Source: Thermoanaerobaculia bacterium
GTDB taxonomy: Bacteria; Acidobacteriota; Thermoanaerobaculia; UBA5066; Gp7-AA6
Length of the DNA: 25,726 bases
Reading direction: 5' to 3'
NCBI GenBank assembly: GCA_035763965.1
Contig: DASUAD010000090.1
Coordinates: 1 to 25,726 of the forward strand
Part shown: in pieces, positions 18,442 through 25,726 of the stretch
Position numbering within the stretch: the stretch's first letter is position 1
Layout: each line of letters starts with the position of its first letter
Program-made: the position numbers and the translations under genes
Notes under the pieces: model-generated
The model's database searches: none
What the model saw: only the letters and a program-made list of their open reading frames with translations
Told to the model about the DNA's origin: nothing

Positions 18442-18629
18442 TTGACTCCCCTTGGGCCCTTCGGTCGTTAGACCGTCACGCGTATCCGCTCCTACGTACA
18501 CAAGGGGTCGGGCGGACGTCTGATGAGCAGGCACGACAGCCGTCCTCGGGAGCCGTTGCCGGCCGTTGACCGTCCATGCAACCACGGCTTCGAGGCGGGG
18601 CCGCGCCGGCGCAGGCGAGGTACAGAGCC

Positions 18630-20114
18630 CTACAGCGCCAGCACCGTCTCCCCGTGCGAGAGGTACCGGTCCGCCGACCGGGCCGCAATCCTGCCTTCGC
18701 GGATGGCCCAGACGACGAGAGACTGGCCGCGCGAGATGTCGCCCGCCGCGAAGACGCCGGGGATCGACGTCATCTTGTCCTCGTCCGTCCAGACGTTGCC
18801 GCGCTCATCGACCTTGACTCCGAGCTGCTGGATCACAGGGCGCTCGGGACCGATGAAGCCGAGTGCGAGGAGGACGAGCTCGGCGGGGAGGATCTTGTCA
18901 GTGGCCGGGACCTCCCGCGGGACGAGGCGTCCGTTGTCGCCCTTGACCCATTCGACCTCGATCGCGTGAACCTCCTGGACCTGCCCGGAGTTGCCGATGA
19001 AGCGCTTGGCCGTCATCGAGTAGCGCCGCGGATCCGCGCCCCAGAGAGCGGCGGCCTCCTCCTGGCCGTAGTCCATGCGGTAGATCTTCGGCCACTGAGG
19101 CCACGGGTTGTCGCTGGCGCGCTCGGCCGGAGGACGCGGCAGGATCTCGAGCTGGACGAGGCTCTTTGCGCCGTGGCGTACGGCCGTGCCGACGCAGTCG
19201 GTGCCGGTGTCGCCGCCGCCGATGACGACGACGTTCTTGCCCTTGGCCGAGACGTAGCGGCCGTCGGCGTGGCCCGAGTCGAGGAGCGATTTGGTGCTCT
19301 GGGTGAGGAAGTCCATCGCGAGGTGGATCCCCGAGAGGCTCCGCCCTTCGATCGGCAGGTCACGCCCGTGCGTCGCCCCTCCGCAGAGGACGACGGCGTC
19401 GTACTCGTTGAGGAGGACGGAGGCCGGAATGTGCTTGCCGATCTCGGTCTTCGTGACGAAGCTGACGCCTTCGGCCTCCATCATCTTCACGCGCCGCTCG
19501 ACGAACCTCTTGTCGAGCTTCATGTTCGGGATGCCGTACATGAGGAGCCCGCCGATCCGGTCGGCACGCTCGAAGACGGTGACGGAGTGGCCGGCCTTGT
19601 TGAGCTGCGCGGCCGCGGCGAGGCCCGCGGGCCCCGAGCCCACGATCGCGACGCTCTTGCCGGTCCTACTCGCGGGCGGCTCGGGCGAGATCCAGCCCTC
19701 CTCGAAGGCCTTGTCCACGATCTCGCACTCGATCGACTTGATGGTGACCGCGGGCGCGTTGATGCCGAGCGTGCAGCTGCCCTCGCAAGGGGCCGGACAG
19801 ACGCGGCCGGTGAACTCCGGGAAGTTGTTCGTCTTGGCGAGGCGGATCCACGCCTCGCGCCGCTGCCCGCGCCAGGCGAGGTCGTTCCACTCGGGGATGA
19901 GGTTGTTGACCGGGCAGCCGCTCGTCATGCCGGCGATGAGGATGCCGGTGTGACAAAACGGGATCCCGCACTCCATGCAGCGGGCCGCCTGTTCCCGCAG
20001 GATCTTCTCCGGCGTTCTCTCGTGCGATTCGTCCCAGTCCTTGATGCGCGTCAGCGGCGAGCGGTCGTGCTGGGGCTCGCGCGGGTACTCGAGAAATCCG
20101 GTCGGCTTGCCCAT
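18630..20114 (-). CDS. gltD: Glutamate synthase small subunit (494 aa)
   Basis: True start [10 protein letters not shown] at 20114. Motifs [13 protein letters not shown]...[41 protein letters not shown]. Confidence 0.96.
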   Translation of the reverse strand: MGKPTGFLEYPREPQHDRSPLTRIKDWDESHERTPEKILREQAARCMECGIPFCHTGILIAGMTSGCPVNNLIPEWNDLAWRGQRREAWIRLAKTNNFPEFTGRVCPAPCEGSCTLGINAPAVTIKSIECEIVDKAFEEGWISPEPPASRTGKSVAIVGSGPAGLAAAAQLNKAGHSVTVFERADRIGGLLMYGIPNMKLDKRFVERRVKMMEAEGVSFVTKTEIGKHIPASVLLNEYDAVVLCGGATHGRDLPIEGRSLSGIHLAMDFLTQSTKSLLDSGHADGRYVSAKGKNVVVIGGGDTGTDCVGTAVRHGAKSLVQLEILPRPPAERASDNPWPQWPKIYRMDYGQEEAAALWGADPRRYSMTAKRFIGNSGQVQEVHAIEVEWVKGDNGRLVPREVPATDKILPAELVLLALGFIGPERPVIQQLGVKVDERGNVWTDEDKMTSIPGVFAAGDISRGQSLVVWAIREGRIAARSADRYLSHGETVLAL

Positions 20115-20116
20115 GG

Positions 20117-24733
<4,617 letters not shown>

Positions 24734-24876
24734 CTTCGCTCCCGGGTCTCGGGCCCGGTAAAACGGGGGAGTTTCCTCTTCCTGGAGGCGACCGTCAAGC
24801 CCGGCCGGCTTTCGCGGCTTTCGCGCGCGACTCTCGCATGGCTCCCTCGCCGGCGCTTATCATGCCTCTTCGGACC

Positions 24877-24988
24877 CACCGGGGAGCGCATCATGTAGCA
24901 GACCAGCGCCTCGAGACCCTGGCTATCCCCGGCGGGCACATAGACCCGGTTGTGGACGGAGAAGCCGCTTCGCCTCCACGACAACAGC
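24877..24988 (-). mobile_element. 112-bp internal IS91 transposase scrap (second copy)
   Basis: Encodes LLSWRRSGFSVHNRVYVPAGDSQGLEALVCYMMRSPV, near-identical to 17883-17994. Confidence 0.9.
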
Positions 24989-25085
24989 GGTCGTAGCTCT
25001 TCCCATCCTGCGTCGGTCTGGAGAACAAATCTTCCCCGGCGATCAATGAAAAAAGAGAACCAAAACTCCGGACTGCCAAATCACG

Positions 25086-25132
25086 GGGTTACCTTTTCAG
25101 TGTCTCGACGATCCCCTCCCGGGTTACCTTTC
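25086..25132 (+). repeat. Tandem GGGTTACCTTT pair (35-bp period), candidate IS-end repeats
   Basis: Exact 11-bp repeats at 25086-25096 and 25121-25131, related to 13482-13509. Confidence 0.55.
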
Positions 25133-25136
25133 TGAA

Positions 25137-25349
25137 ATGGCGACGCTCCTGAAGGAAATGTTCGAGAAGCGGGCGGACACGGCCACGCTGGAGGCGGCAC
25201 TGGACCGGTCGCTGGTCCCGGACGAAGCTGAGCTCCAAAAGATCATGCGGTATTCGAGCTATCTGTCACGCCAGGAAGAGCGATACGTCGAGATGCTGCT
25301 GAAGCTGCAGGAAGTACGGCGTGAGCGGGAGAGGGAGGGTCACATCTAG
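25137..25349 (+). pseudogene. Hypothetical protein, probably a 3' fragment (70 aa)
   Basis: Helical segment LQKIMRYSSYLSRQEERYVEMLLKLQEVRR resembles C-termini of island-borne hypothetical proteins. Starts abruptly after the IS-end-like motif with no RBS. Confidence 0.35.
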
Positions 25350-25437
25350 GGATCACCAAAGAAGACTATTTCTGCGAAACGAACCCACCGGAATCGATTG
25401 CCGAAATCGCCGTCGGCGGGCCGACATCGGTCGAGGC

Positions 25438-25668
25438 CTAGCTTTCGCCGAGAGATCCAACCGACCGGAGCGCCTTGGCGACGGTTTTGTCCGTGACGCC
25501 CAGGTGACGGCCGATCGCGGATAGGCTGAGCCCCAGGCTGCGCAGGCGCCTCGATTCCAGGGCGATTCGCCGGTACGCGGGGATGACCGCCTCAAACAGG
25601 GCCGCCTGGAACGGGATCTCTCCGGCGGTTCGAATTCTTTGCGAACGTGTCCACCAACTCTCATCCAC
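25438..25668 (-). CDS. Small helix-turn-helix protein spanning the putative att core (76 aa, GTG start)
   Basis: C-terminal HTH LSLSAIGRHLGVTDKTVAKAL. Its W-W codons are the complement of CCACCA (25651-25656). Confidence 0.65.
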   Translation of the reverse strand: MDESWWTRSQRIRTAGEIPFQAALFEAVIPAYRRIALESRRLRSLGLSLSAIGRHLGVTDKTVAKALRSVGSLGES

Positions 25669-25726
25669 TCACGTCACCCAGCCTGCTGAAAAGACGCGAT
25701 CTCGACATCTGCCGAATTCGCGTCGG
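25650..25726 (+). repeat. Right copy of 77-bp diverged direct repeat (att core plus arm of a neighbouring element)
   Basis: 64/77 identical to 135-211 with no gaps. Runs to the window edge. Confidence 0.9.

Noticed and set aside
18341-18459. 11-bp direct repeat CCCTTGGGCCC (18341-18351, 18449-18459)
   Set aside because: Short and GC-rich. One copy encodes GPKG and the other overlaps the RBS, with no element between them.
24770-24798. gltB promoter TTGACG (24798-24793)
   Set aside because: No credible -10 at 16-18 bp (GAAACT at best), so it was not reported as a feature.
25086-25145. CRISPR-like array from GGGTTACCTTT repeats
   Set aside because: Only two 11-bp copies with a 35-bp period, and no cas genes or leader.

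Overview
High-GC (roughly 70%) bacterial window, probably Acidobacteria-like, though that is only an impression from gene content. It starts in the 3' end of tmRNA (ssrA, ends CCA at 141). A 77-bp diverged direct repeat (135-211 and 25650-25726, 64/77 identical, both beginning TCCACCA) brackets the whole interval, which suggests a ~25.5-kb ssrA-integrated island followed by a related island. No integrase is visible. The cargo is almost entirely amino-acid biosynthesis. (1) A complete branched-chain set: ilvD-ilvB-ilvN-ilvC-leuA-leuB-ilvE-ilvA behind an unannotated 28-aa Ile/Leu/Val leader-peptide attenuator, a divergent LysR, and leuC-leuD. (2) A sulfur operon with a sigma70 promoter and leader terminator: truncated cysH, internally deleted sulfite reductase, JAB/MPN protease, MoaD/CysO-like carrier ending GG-GE, and a cystathionine gamma-synthase-family enzyme. 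(3) gltB-gltD. The modules are separated by short scraps: a sigma54-activator Walker A fragment, ISNCY-like and IS91-like transposase remnants, and truncated genes. An HTH ORF at the right end runs through the putative att core. Functional calls come from motif recognition; no searches were run.
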